Of a DNA stretch of 45,515 nt, positions 7,452 through 16,350 are shown one piece after another. Made by a program: the position numbers and the translations under genes. The notes under the pieces are model-generated. The model was not told where the DNA came from, did no database searches, and was given only the letters and a program-made list of their open reading frames with translations. Source of the stretch: an uncultured Candidatus Peribacteria bacterium (GTDB taxonomy: Bacteria > Patescibacteriota > Gracilibacteria > Peribacterales > Peribacteraceae); NCBI GenBank assembly GCA_964494435.1, contig CAZBSN010000001.1:1-45515 (forward strand), given 5' to 3'. Position 1 is the first letter of the stretch. Every line of letters begins with the position of its first letter.

Positions 7452-9287
7452 ATGCCCGGCATGACGCAAAATCCCCGCGGGGGCATCTGGGTACTCGGCA
7501 AGATTTTCTATCTGCTGCGGGGAATTAACCTTCATCCCGTGTACTTGGCCGTACCGGTGACGCTCTCTTTAGGAGCTGCCGCATTCGAAGGTGTGAGTTT
7601 GGGACTCCTCATCCCTATGCTCAATGGATTTTTAACGAAGGACTATAGCTTCATCACGCAGATTCCGGGACTGAGCGAGGCGCTCGCGATGTTGCCAGCG
7701 GAGATTCTTGCGAGCGACAGACTGCTCTTCATCACGCTCATGGCATTCTTCGCGGGAGCGGTAATCGTGAAGAACATCTTCCGTTACCTCTCCGCCGTGA
7801 GCATGGGGTTCTTCACCTCACGCGCGCTCCATCACCTCCGTAAGACGATCTTCAACCGTTTCCTCAGCTTCGGAAAACTCTACTTTGATCGGACGAGCGT
7901 CGGACACAACTCGACGGTGCTCACGCAATTTGCGGAACTCGTGCTGTGGCCCGTGCAGACAATCAACATGTTCATGAGCTCGTTCTGTTCGCTCGTCGTG
8001 TACCTCGTGATCATGTCCATGATCTCGTGGCAGCTTACGGCGTTCGCGCTTCCGCTCTTCGTCATCCTCCACTTCTCCGTCCGTCTTGCGATTAAGAAGA
8101 TCAGCGAAATTTCGAAGGGAATTGCATCGCGCGGCGGCGCGCTCGGCAAGTTGACCATCGAAATCCTCTCCACGATGCCGCTCGTAAAGGCCTATAGCTC
8201 CGAGCGAAACGAGCAAATGCGCTATTCCCACATCAGCGATGCGCAGGCGAAATTAAACTTCCAAGCCACACGCTTGAAGGAACTCGTCTCGCCGCTTCAA
8301 GAAACGATCACGCTCTTCTGTGTCATCATCCTCTTCTCGTCGATGATGTATCTCCTCGTACGCGAGCAATCGGCTGCGGCCACGTCGTTCATCATCTACT
8401 TCTACTTGGTGCTCAACGCAGCGACCAAGTTCGGCGCCCTCACGAACTTCCGCGGCACGCTCGCGAACGCGGCGGGGCCCGTGGAAGAACTTCTGAAGGT
8501 CTTTGACGATACGGATAAAGCGCAGGTTCCAGAGGGTGTGCGCGAGTTTACGGGCCTGACGAATGAGATTGCATTCGAGAATCTTTCGTTCGACTATCCG
8601 GGACGCGAGGACGTGCTGAAGGGCATCTCGTTCACGATTCCTAAGGGCAAGATGGTGGCAGTCGTGGGACCGACAGGTTCGGGCAAGACGACGCTCATTC
8701 ACCTCATCATGCGTCTCTACGACTGCCCGCCAGGACAGCTCTTTTTGGATGGAACGGACATTCACGAATTCACACTCGAATCGCTCCATAATCACATTGC
8801 GCTTGTGAGCCAGGAAACGCTGCTTCTGCACGACACGCTGAAAGCGAACATCTCCTACGGCCTCGAACATATGCCGCATCAACGCGTTGAACAGGTTGTG
8901 AAGCAAGCGCGCCTCGAAGAGTTCGTGCAGCGACTCCCCCACGGCCTCGACACACTCGTGGGTGACCGCGGCGTAAAGCTCTCCGGCGGCGAGAAGCAGC
9001 GCGTGTCGATCGCTCGTGCGCTCCTCAAGGGTGCGGAGATTCTGATCCTCGACGAAGCGACGTCGGCCCTCGACAGTCAGACCGAGACGCTCATTCAGGA
9101 GGCGATCGATGAGGCCGTTCGCGGACGCACTTCAATCGTCATCGCCCATCGCCTCTCGACCATTCAGCACGCCGATAAGATCGTCGTTCTCGACGAAGGA
9201 AAACTTATGGAAGAGGGCAATCTCCAGACGCTCATTGAAAAGAAAGGAAAGTTCGCGGGTCTCTGGGACGCGCAGAAGTTCGGATAA
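7452..9287 (+). CDS. ABC exporter, fused permease and ATPase (MsbA/PglK-like half transporter)
   Basis: N-terminal multi-TM domain. Walker A 'GPTGSGKTT', signature 'LSGGEKQRVSIARAL', Walker B 'ILILDEATSALD' and H-loop 'IAHRLST' are all present. Confidence 0.9.
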   Translation: MPGMTQNPRGGIWVLGKIFYLLRGINLHPVYLAVPVTLSLGAAAFEGVSLGLLIPMLNGFLTKDYSFITQIPGLSEALAMLPAEILASDRLLFITLMAFFAGAVIVKNIFRYLSAVSMGFFTSRALHHLRKTIFNRFLSFGKLYFDRTSVGHNSTVLTQFAELVLWPVQTINMFMSSFCSLVVYLVIMSMISWQLTAFALPLFVILHFSVRLAIKKISEISKGIASRGGALGKLTIEILSTMPLVKAYSSERNEQMRYSHISDAQAKLNFQATRLKELVSPLQETITLFCVIILFSSMMYLLVREQSAAATSFIIYFYLVLNAATKFGALTNFRGTLANAAGPVEELLKVFDDTDKAQVPEGVREFTGLTNEIAFENLSFDYPGREDVLKGISFTIPKGKMVAVVGPTGSGKTTLIHLIMRLYDCPPGQLFLDGTDIHEFTLESLHNHIALVSQETLLLHDTLKANISYGLEHMPHQRVEQVVKQARLEEFVQRLPHGLDTLVGDRGVKLSGGEKQRVSIARALLKGAEILILDEATSALDSQTETLIQEAIDEAVRGRTSIVIAHRLSTIQHADKIVVLDEGKLMEEGNLQTLIEKKGKFAGLWDAQKFG

Positions 9288-9304
9288 ACCCTCCTCACAC
9301 CTGT

Positions 9305-10291
9305 ATGTACGTCATTGCAGAAATGGCCTGCTCCCACGAGGGAAACCCTGATCTCGCAAAAGTCATCATTGATGGCGCGGGGAAGGCAGGCGCAAGTGCG
9401 ATTCAATTCCAGATCTGGAAGTTGGACGAGTATGCGTCACCATCTCTACCTAATTATGCAGTGCTGCAGAAATTGGAGATGACGCCTGACGCATGGCGCG
9501 GCTTATATGTCTACGCAAAGAAACAGTATCCGAATATGGACATTATCGCGTGCGTGAGCGAGGCGTCGAGTTTGAAACTTACAGAAGAGATGGGAGTTGC
9601 GGCGTACAAGATTCACGCCGGCGATCTCACAAACCCTGATTTCATCAAGATGGTGGCAAAGACCGGCAAGCGCATTGATCTCGCAGTCGGAGCATCGACT
9701 GCTGAAGAGGTGCGTGCAGCGATCGGCTGGATTCGTGAAGCAGGGAAGAGCGACATCTGGCTCATGTACGGCTACCAGAACTTCCCCACGCGTCTCGACG
9801 ACGTGCATTTGAATCACATGCTGCAGTTGCAGGAAGAGTTCAAGGTGCCCGTCGGTTATCAAGATCACAGCGATGCGAACGATCGTTCCGCGTTCACAAT
9901 CCCCGCAGCAGCAGTCGGAATCGGAATCGATATCCAGGAGAAGCACATCACGCACGACCGTGGAAAGAAAGGTATCGACCACGAAGCAGCTCTCAACCCC
10001 GATGAATTCGCAGCGTTCGTCCGTATGTGCAACGACGTCGTGGCAGCACGCGGGCAGAAAGAATGGCGAGCATTCTCGGCAGACCAGGAGAAGTACCGCG
10101 CATACGCACGAAAGAGCATCGTTGCTGCAGCAGATATTCCTGCAGGAACGGCGCTCGCGGAGAGCCATCTCATGTCGCTTCGCCACTCCCCTCCCGCCCT
10201 CCCGCCCAAGGACATGTCATTGCTGCTCGGAAAGAAAACAACCCACGCTATTGCCACATACGAGCCTGTAACGGAGGAAGACGTCGCCTAA
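9305..10291 (+). CDS. NeuB-family nonulosonic/ulosonic acid synthase, divergent paralog 1 (328 aa)
   Basis: 'YVIAEMACSHEGN', 'AIQFQIW', the metal-ligand blocks 'GYQDHS' and 'IQEKHIT', and a C-terminal SAF-like 'ARKSIVAAADIPAGTAL'. Confidence 0.8.
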   Translation: MYVIAEMACSHEGNPDLAKVIIDGAGKAGASAIQFQIWKLDEYASPSLPNYAVLQKLEMTPDAWRGLYVYAKKQYPNMDIIACVSEASSLKLTEEMGVAAYKIHAGDLTNPDFIKMVAKTGKRIDLAVGASTAEEVRAAIGWIREAGKSDIWLMYGYQNFPTRLDDVHLNHMLQLQEEFKVPVGYQDHSDANDRSAFTIPAAAVGIGIDIQEKHITHDRGKKGIDHEAALNPDEFAAFVRMCNDVVAARGQKEWRAFSADQEKYRAYARKSIVAAADIPAGTALAESHLMSLRHSPPALPPKDMSLLLGKKTTHAIATYEPVTEEDVA

Positions 10292-10305
10292 GCTATACTC
10301 GCACT

Positions 10306-11121
10306 ATGTCAGACATGTTCGACCTCACAGGCAAGACCGCGCTCATCGTCGGAGGACGCGGCTACTTGGGACGAAGAGCTGGCGCGTTGCTGCGAGACAG
10401 AGGCGCGACGGTGATCAGTGCGGACTTGGCGGCAAGCTCCAATGTCGCGACGAAAGCGAAGGCTGAGACTGATTCGAAGAACATCGAACAGAAGGACGTG
10501 GATGTGACGGATCAAAAGTCGGTACAAGCTCTCATGAAGAACATCTCAAAGGTCGATATCCTCATCTACAGCGTCACGGCAAAGCCGAAGGATTTCTATG
10601 CGCCCTACACCGAATGTTCACTCGAAGGATGGAAGCAGATCATCACGGCGGAGTTGGACGGCGCATTCCTGGTGACGCAGGCCGTTGGAAAGCTCATGGA
10701 AAAGCAGAAGAGCGGAGCGATCGTTCTCCTCTCCTCGATCTACGGCGTCGTCGGCAACGATCAACGGATTTACGAAGGATCGAACTTGGCAGATCTCTAC
10801 GCCAATGATCCTGAACATGCAGGAAAGACGTATTCGCACGGCGCCTACAACACAGCGAAGGGCGGCATCATCTCGCTCACGCGCTACCTTGCTGCATACT
10901 GGGGACGCTTCGGCATCCGCGTGAACTGCGTCAGCAGCGGCGGCATCTCACATCCCGGCGAGAATGAAGAATTCGTGAAGAAATACAGCGAGCGCACACC
11001 GCTCGGCCGCAAAGCAAAGCCAGATGAACTCGATGGTGCGATCCTCTATCTCGCATCAGAGGCATCGTCGTACGTCACCGGCCACAACTTAGTTGTTGAT
11101 GGCGGATGGACGGCGTGGTAA
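10306..11121 (+). CDS. short-chain dehydrogenase/reductase (classical SDR)
   Basis: 271 aa from ATG 10306. 'GKTALIVGGRGYLG' (Rossmann), 'SSIYG' and 'YNTAKGG' (YxxxK) are present. I rejected the track start at 10027 because it lies inside the preceding gene. Confidence 0.9.
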   Translation: MSDMFDLTGKTALIVGGRGYLGRRAGALLRDRGATVISADLAASSNVATKAKAETDSKNIEQKDVDVTDQKSVQALMKNISKVDILIYSVTAKPKDFYAPYTECSLEGWKQIITAELDGAFLVTQAVGKLMEKQKSGAIVLLSSIYGVVGNDQRIYEGSNLADLYANDPEHAGKTYSHGAYNTAKGGIISLTRYLAAYWGRFGIRVNCVSSGGISHPGENEEFVKKYSERTPLGRKAKPDELDGAILYLASEASSYVTGHNLVVDGGWTAW

Positions 11122-11133
11122 TCCATCCTCACC

Positions 11134-11856
11134 ATGAACCTCCTCATCACCATCTGCGCCCGCGGGGGCTCCAAAGGCATTCCGGGCAAGAACGTTCGGC
11201 TCATCAACGGAACGCCGCTCATCGCCTATAGCGTGAAGCACGCTCTCGAATACGCGAAGAAGACCGGAGCGGATGTGGCTCTCACGACAGACAGTGACGA
11301 CATTAAGAAGGTTGCTGCAGATGCAGGACTTGTGACGGACTACACGCGTCCGCCAGAACTTTCGACGGACAGCGCGAGCAAGCTTGAAACAATTCGCCAC
11401 CTCGTCTTCGCGACGGAGGAGAAGAATGGAAAGAAGTACGACATGGCGCTCGATCTCGACGTCACCTCCCCTCTTCGTACAGTGGAAGATTTGGATGCAG
11501 CTCGGAAGATGATGGAAGCCCAGCCCGACGCACATAACCTCTTCTCGGTGAGCTTCCCGAAACATAACCCGTACTTCGACATGATCGAGAAGGTGGAAGG
11601 CTCCCCCTTCGTGTCCCTTGTGAAAGTGCCAGAAAAGCAGATGTCGTCGCGCCAGCAGGGACCACGTGTGTTCGAGTTGAACGCATCCTTCTACTACTAC
11701 CGCCGCATCTTCTTCGAACAAGATCCAATGATCCTCGTCCGCAACTCACTCGCATACGAAATGCCGCATATGTGCTTCGAGTTGGATGAGATGATCGACT
11801 TCAACTTCCTCGACTACGTGCTCAAGGAGAAGAAGCTCGACTTCCACTTTGCATAA
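11134..11856 (+). CDS. neuA: acylneuraminate (CMP-nonulosonate) cytidylyltransferase
   Basis: 'LITICARGGSKGIPGKNVRLINGTPLI' is the signature N-terminus of the CMP-NeuAc/CMP-Leg/CMP-Pse synthetase family. 240 aa. Confidence 0.85.
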   Translation: MNLLITICARGGSKGIPGKNVRLINGTPLIAYSVKHALEYAKKTGADVALTTDSDDIKKVAADAGLVTDYTRPPELSTDSASKLETIRHLVFATEEKNGKKYDMALDLDVTSPLRTVEDLDAARKMMEAQPDAHNLFSVSFPKHNPYFDMIEKVEGSPFVSLVKVPEKQMSSRQQGPRVFELNASFYYYRRIFFEQDPMILVRNSLAYEMPHMCFELDEMIDFNFLDYVLKEKKLDFHFA

Positions 11857-12396
11857 ATGAGCTACAAGAATGCTCGGCTGGAGTTTGAGAGTCCGCGGCT
11901 GCGACTGCACGTCATGGAGGAGCACGACGCGACCGAGCAGTACGCAAGCTGGATCAATGATCCGGAGGTGCATCGTTTTCTCGGCACGAAGAGTACGACG
12001 ATTGATGAACTGAAGGATTACATTCAGCAGCGAGATCTCAAAGAAGACGCGCTCTTCTTTGGCGTCTTCCTCAAAGAGGACGGCACACACATTGGAACGG
12101 TGAAGCTGGAACCCATTCGTGAAGTTGAAGGGCATGCGACGATCGCAGTGATGATCGGCGACAAAGCGACCTGGGGAAAAGGCTACGCGGGCGAGGCGAT
12201 GCAGATCCTCATTGATTGGTGTTTTACAGAGTTGAACCTCGATGAAGTCCGTCTAGGAGTCATCGCAAAGAACACTGCCGCGATCCGCGTCTACGAGAAA
12301 TTAGGCTTCACGGAGACGAAGCGGGAGATGGGTGCGGTCAAATATGGAGACGAAGTGCACGATCAGGTCTGGATGACGCTGAAACGACCGTCCTGA
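11857..12396 (+). CDS. GNAT N-acetyltransferase (RimJ/RimL/PseH-like)
   Basis: 179 aa. The acetyl-CoA motif region is 'WGKGYAGEAMQILIDWCF...AIRVYEKLGF'. The start directly abuts the neuA stop (TAAATG). Confidence 0.85.
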   Translation: MSYKNARLEFESPRLRLHVMEEHDATEQYASWINDPEVHRFLGTKSTTIDELKDYIQQRDLKEDALFFGVFLKEDGTHIGTVKLEPIREVEGHATIAVMIGDKATWGKGYAGEAMQILIDWCFTELNLDEVRLGVIAKNTAAIRVYEKLGFTETKREMGAVKYGDEVHDQVWMTLKRPS

Positions 12397-12435
12397 ATCT
12401 TGCTTTTCGACAGTAATCCGGCAGAGTGACGCCCT

Positions 12436-13584
12436 ATGCGACGCTGTACACGATGCGTAATGCTCGAAACGCAGGACATGATCAGCTTCGACGCGGATGG
12501 CGTCTGCGCGACCTGCCAACAGATCCAGTACAAGCAAACGAAGATCGACTGGGATGAACGGAAGCGTGAATTTGAGGAGATCGTTTCACAGACGAAAGGA
12601 AAAGGACCGTACGACTGCATCGTCCCCTTCAGCGGCGGCAAAGACAGCACGTTCACGGCTCTCGCACTCAAGCGGGATTTCGGCCTCAAGCCGCTCATCG
12701 TGAGCTTCGACCACGGCTTCTACCGACCAAACGTCTTGCGGAACAATGAACGCTCCATCAAGAAGCTTGGCGTCGATTACCTGAAGTTCAAATCGGACTG
12801 GCAAATCGTGAAGAAGCTCATGCGCGAGTCGCTCATTCGCAAAGGCGACATCATGTGGCATTCCCACTGCGGCATTTATGCCTATCCCATGCACGTCGCC
12901 GTGCAATTGAAAGTTCCGCTCCTCATTTGGGGCGAGCCGACGTCGGAGTATGTGAGTTACTACAGCTACGAAGAGAACGAACAGGTTGACGAGAAACGCT
13001 TCAACCGCGTCGTGAACCTTGGCATCAACGCCGAAGACATGGTGGGCATGCTCGACGGCAAAGTAACCGCACGCGATTTGATCCCTTATACGTATCCGAA
13101 TATCGGCGATCTGCGCGCGATTGGATACCGCTCCATTTGTCTTGGAACGTACATCCCCTGGGACACACGCACACAATCTGAACGTATTCGCACCGAACTC
13201 GGATGGCAGGGAGACAAGGTCGAAGGCATTCCCTACGAACGCTACTGGTACGAAAAGGTGGAAGACGCCTTCCAGGGCATCCAGGATTACCTCAAGTGGC
13301 TCAAGCGCGGCATGTCTCGCATGACACACTTAGCCTCGATCGACATCCGCAACGGCCGCATGACGCGCGAGGAAGGATTGAAGTTAATCGAGCAGTACGA
13401 AGGATTTAGACCGGCCAGCTTGGACGTGTTCTTGAAGGCCATCGATATGACCGACGAAGAATTCCACGAGATCGCCCTCAAGCACGTCGTGAGCCCGCAC
13501 GTCCCACCGGATTGGAGGAAGCTCCCGCGCGGCCCAGAGCTGGCGGATCAGAAGGATTGGACCATCAACATCGATCAAGAGTGA
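12436..13584 (+). CDS. N-acetyl sugar amidotransferase (PP-loop; WbuX/WbpG/PseA/PtmG family)
   Basis: An N-terminal Cys-rich ribbon 'CTRCVM...DGVCATC' is followed by the PP-loop 'VPFSGGKDST'. 382 aa. HisH/HisF paralogs follow immediately. Confidence 0.85.
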   Translation: MRRCTRCVMLETQDMISFDADGVCATCQQIQYKQTKIDWDERKREFEEIVSQTKGKGPYDCIVPFSGGKDSTFTALALKRDFGLKPLIVSFDHGFYRPNVLRNNERSIKKLGVDYLKFKSDWQIVKKLMRESLIRKGDIMWHSHCGIYAYPMHVAVQLKVPLLIWGEPTSEYVSYYSYEENEQVDEKRFNRVVNLGINAEDMVGMLDGKVTARDLIPYTYPNIGDLRAIGYRSICLGTYIPWDTRTQSERIRTELGWQGDKVEGIPYERYWYEKVEDAFQGIQDYLKWLKRGMSRMTHLASIDIRNGRMTREEGLKLIEQYEGFRPASLDVFLKAIDMTDEEFHEIALKHVVSPHVPPDWRKLPRGPELADQKDWTINIDQE

Positions 13585-13611
13585 GGTTTGGTCTCATGGT
13601 AGAGTGACCCC

Positions 13612-14232
13612 GTGATAGTGATTGTCGATTACGGCTTGGGGAACCTCTTCTCGGTGCAAAAAGCATTCGAGATGCTCGGTGCGCCGGTGAAAGTGTCCGG
13701 CGATCCTGCAGATGTCCACACAGCAGACCGCATTGTCCTGCCGGGAGTGGGAGCATTTGGGGATGGCATGGACTACTTACGCGCAAAGGGGCTCGATCGT
13801 GCGTTGACTGCGGAAGTGATGGGAAAGAAGAAACCGTTCCTCGGCATTTGCCTCGGTTTGCAACTCCTCGCTGAGATCGGGGAGGAATACGGAGAGCACC
13901 AAGGCTTCGGATGGATGAAAGGACGCGTCCGAAAGCTCGACGTCGAAAAGTTAGGACTCAAGATTCCGCACATTGGCTGGAACGAGCTGACGATGACGCG
14001 TGAATGCCCGCTCTTTGCAGGAATTCCGAAGGATGCAGATTTCTATTTCGTGCATAGCTACCAACTGGACTGTGGCGACACATCGGATCTGGTCGCAACT
14101 GCGACGTACGGAGAAACGGTGACTGCAGCCGTTCAGCGCGAGAACATCGCCGCGACGCAGTTCCACCCGGAGAAGAGCCAGGACAATGGCCTCAAGCTTC
14201 TTGAAAACTGGATCGCCTGGAACCCCGCATAA
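13612..14232 (+). CDS. hisH: HisH-like class-I glutamine amidotransferase (glycan amidation paralog)
   Basis: 'IVIVDYGLGNL', the nucleophile elbow 'GICLGLQLL', 'VHSY' and 'ATQFHPEKS'. Confidence 0.9.
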   Translation: MIVIVDYGLGNLFSVQKAFEMLGAPVKVSGDPADVHTADRIVLPGVGAFGDGMDYLRAKGLDRALTAEVMGKKKPFLGICLGLQLLAEIGEEYGEHQGFGWMKGRVRKLDVEKLGLKIPHIGWNELTMTRECPLFAGIPKDADFYFVHSYQLDCGDTSDLVATATYGETVTAAVQRENIAATQFHPEKSQDNGLKLLENWIAWNPA

Positions 14233-14234
14233 CC

Positions 14235-14993
14235 ATGCTGAAAGTCCGTCTCATTCCAACGTTGCTCCTCAAAGATGGTCGCATGATCAAGACCAAGCAA
14301 TTTGATGCATACCGCGACGTCGGCAATCCACGGACGACAGCGAAAGTGTATGACGCACAGCGTGCAGATGAATTGATCTTCCTCGATATCACCGCCACGG
14401 TGGAAAATCGTCATCTCCTTCTCGACGTCATCACCGCAGTCGCAGAAGAGTGCTTCATGCCGCTCACGGTCGGCGGAGGCATTCGGACGATCGAGCAAGC
14501 ACGCGAGCTGTTGCTGCACGGCGCGGACAAAGTAGCGATCAACACTGCTGCAGTTGAGAGACCGGAATTCATCACAGAACTCGCGAAGAAGTTCGGACGC
14601 TCAACAGTGGTGGTATCAATCGACTTCAAGAAGAACGCAGACGGCAAGAATGAAGTGTTCACACTTCGAGGAACAAAACCGACGGGTAAGGATCCGGTGA
14701 CATGGGCGAAGGAAGCAGAGACACTTGGAGCCGGAGAAATTCTCCTCACATGCATCGACCGCGAAGGGATGATGAACGGATACGACCTCGATACTCTCAA
14801 AGCGGTGACGTCGGCAGTCACTATTCCAGTCATATCTTCAGGGGGAGTGGGAACGATCCAAGATCTCGTGGATGGCATCGTCATTGGTGGAGCTTCCGCC
14901 GTATCGGCTGCGAGCATCTTCCACTTCACGGATCAGAGCATCTTCAAGGCACACTCACACATGAAGCAGAAAGGCTTATCGGTGCGGAAATAA
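14235..14993 (+). CDS. hisF: HisF-like cyclase subunit (WbuZ/AglZ/HisF2-type acetamidino-modification protein)
   Basis: 'RLIPTLLLKDGRMIKTKQF', 'DELIFLDITA', 'LTVGGGIR' and 'SSGGVG'. Confidence 0.9.
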   Translation: MLKVRLIPTLLLKDGRMIKTKQFDAYRDVGNPRTTAKVYDAQRADELIFLDITATVENRHLLLDVITAVAEECFMPLTVGGGIRTIEQARELLLHGADKVAINTAAVERPEFITELAKKFGRSTVVVSIDFKKNADGKNEVFTLRGTKPTGKDPVTWAKEAETLGAGEILLTCIDREGMMNGYDLDTLKAVTSAVTIPVISSGGVGTIQDLVDGIVIGGASAVSAASIFHFTDQSIFKAHSHMKQKGLSVRK

Positions 14994-15036
14994 TCGACCG
15001 TTTTCAGTCCTGAGAGAGGATCTGTAGACTGCGCGC

Positions 15037-16350
15037 ATGGAGAACACGGGCCAAGCGCTCTATCGGCAAGCAAAGAAGCTGATCCCCGGCGGAACACAGC
15101 TTCTCTCGAAACGTCCGGAATTTATCCTGCCGGACCTGTGGCCCGCGTACTACACGAAGGTGAAAGGCGTGGAGGTGTGGGACCTCGATGGAAAGAAGTA
15201 TGTCGATATGTTTCAGAATGGAGTGGGCACATGCGTTCTTGGTGCAGCTGACCCGGATGTGAACGCAGCGGTGATGCACGCAGTCGATAACGGTTCGATG
15301 TCGACCCTGAACAGCCCAGAGGAAGTGGAGCTAGCCGAGATTCTTTGTGAACTTCATCCATGGGCGTCTATGGTGCGCTATGCCAGATGCGGAGGAGAAG
15401 TGTTGGCGATCGCCGTCCGCATTGCTCGTGCGCACACGAAGAAGGACAAGATCGCTTTCTGCGGGTACCACGGCTGGCATGACTGGTACTTGGCAGCGAA
15501 CCTCGCAGACGATCACACGCTCGACGGTCACTTATTGCCAGGATTGGACCCAACAGGCGTTCCGCGACAGCTTGCCGGCACGGCGCTCCCCTTCCGCTTC
15601 AATCATTTGGAGGAATTGGAAGCGATCATTGAGAAACACGGCAAAGAGATTGGCACGATCGTCATGGAGCCGCTCCGCACGGCGGATCCCGCTCCCGGTT
15701 TCTTGGAAGGCGTACGCGCAATCGCTACGAAGATTGGAGCGATCCTCATCTTCGACGAAGTGACGTCCGGCTTCCGCCTCAATGCGGGCGGCGCGCATTT
15801 GCTCCTCGGCGTTGAGCCGGACATGGCCGTGTTCGCGAAGGGCATGAGCAACGGCTACCCCATGGCTGCCGTCATCGGACGAGGAGACGTGATGAACACC
15901 GCTCAAGACAGCTTCATCAGCAGCACGTACTGGACAGAGCGCATCGGCTTCGCGGCGGCGGTCGCAACAATCAAGAAATTCCGCGAGAAGAACGTGCATG
16001 AGCACCTCATTCGCATCGGCACGCTCGTGCAAGAAGGCTGGAAAAAAACCGCGGAAGAAACGGGATGCCCCGTCCACGTTAGCGGCATCGCACCACTCAG
16101 CCACTTCGGGGTTGAATGCGACGACCCGCTTGCGGCCAAGACGCTGTTTACCCAAATCCTGCTCGAAGAAGGCTTCCTTGCCGGCTCGCTTTTCTACGCC
16201 ACGTACGCTCACACGGAGGATCACGTGGAGTCCTACATGAAGGCTGTGAAGAAAGCGTTCGCAGTGATTGCGAAAGCGCTAAAGGAGGGCAACCTAAAGG
16301 CGCAACTACAAGGAGGCGTCGCGCATGCGGGCTTCTACCGCCTGGCCTGA
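15037..16350 (+). CDS. class-III PLP aminotransferase (glutamate-1-semialdehyde aminomutase-like)
   Basis: 'LIPGGTQLLSKRP', 'IFDEVTSGFR' and 'FAKGMSNGYP' (PLP lysine). 437 aa. Confidence 0.85.
   Translation: MENTGQALYRQAKKLIPGGTQLLSKRPEFILPDLWPAYYTKVKGVEVWDLDGKKYVDMFQNGVGTCVLGAADPDVNAAVMHAVDNGSMSTLNSPEEVELAEILCELHPWASMVRYARCGGEVLAIAVRIARAHTKKDKIAFCGYHGWHDWYLAANLADDHTLDGHLLPGLDPTGVPRQLAGTALPFRFNHLEELEAIIEKHGKEIGTIVMEPLRTADPAPGFLEGVRAIATKIGAILIFDEVTSGFRLNAGGAHLLLGVEPDMAVFAKGMSNGYPMAAVIGRGDVMNTAQDSFISSTYWTERIGFAAAVATIKKFREKNVHEHLIRIGTLVQEGWKKTAEETGCPVHVSGIAPLSHFGVECDDPLAAKTLFTQILLEEGFLAGSLFYATYAHTEDHVESYMKAVKKAFAVIAKALKEGNLKAQLQGGVAHAGFYRLA

Noticed and set aside
13612-14993. Annotating the hisH/hisF pair as histidine biosynthesis genes.
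   Set aside because: No other his genes are nearby. They directly follow a PP-loop N-acetyl sugar amidotransferase inside a NulO operon, which is the known glycan-amidation arrangement.
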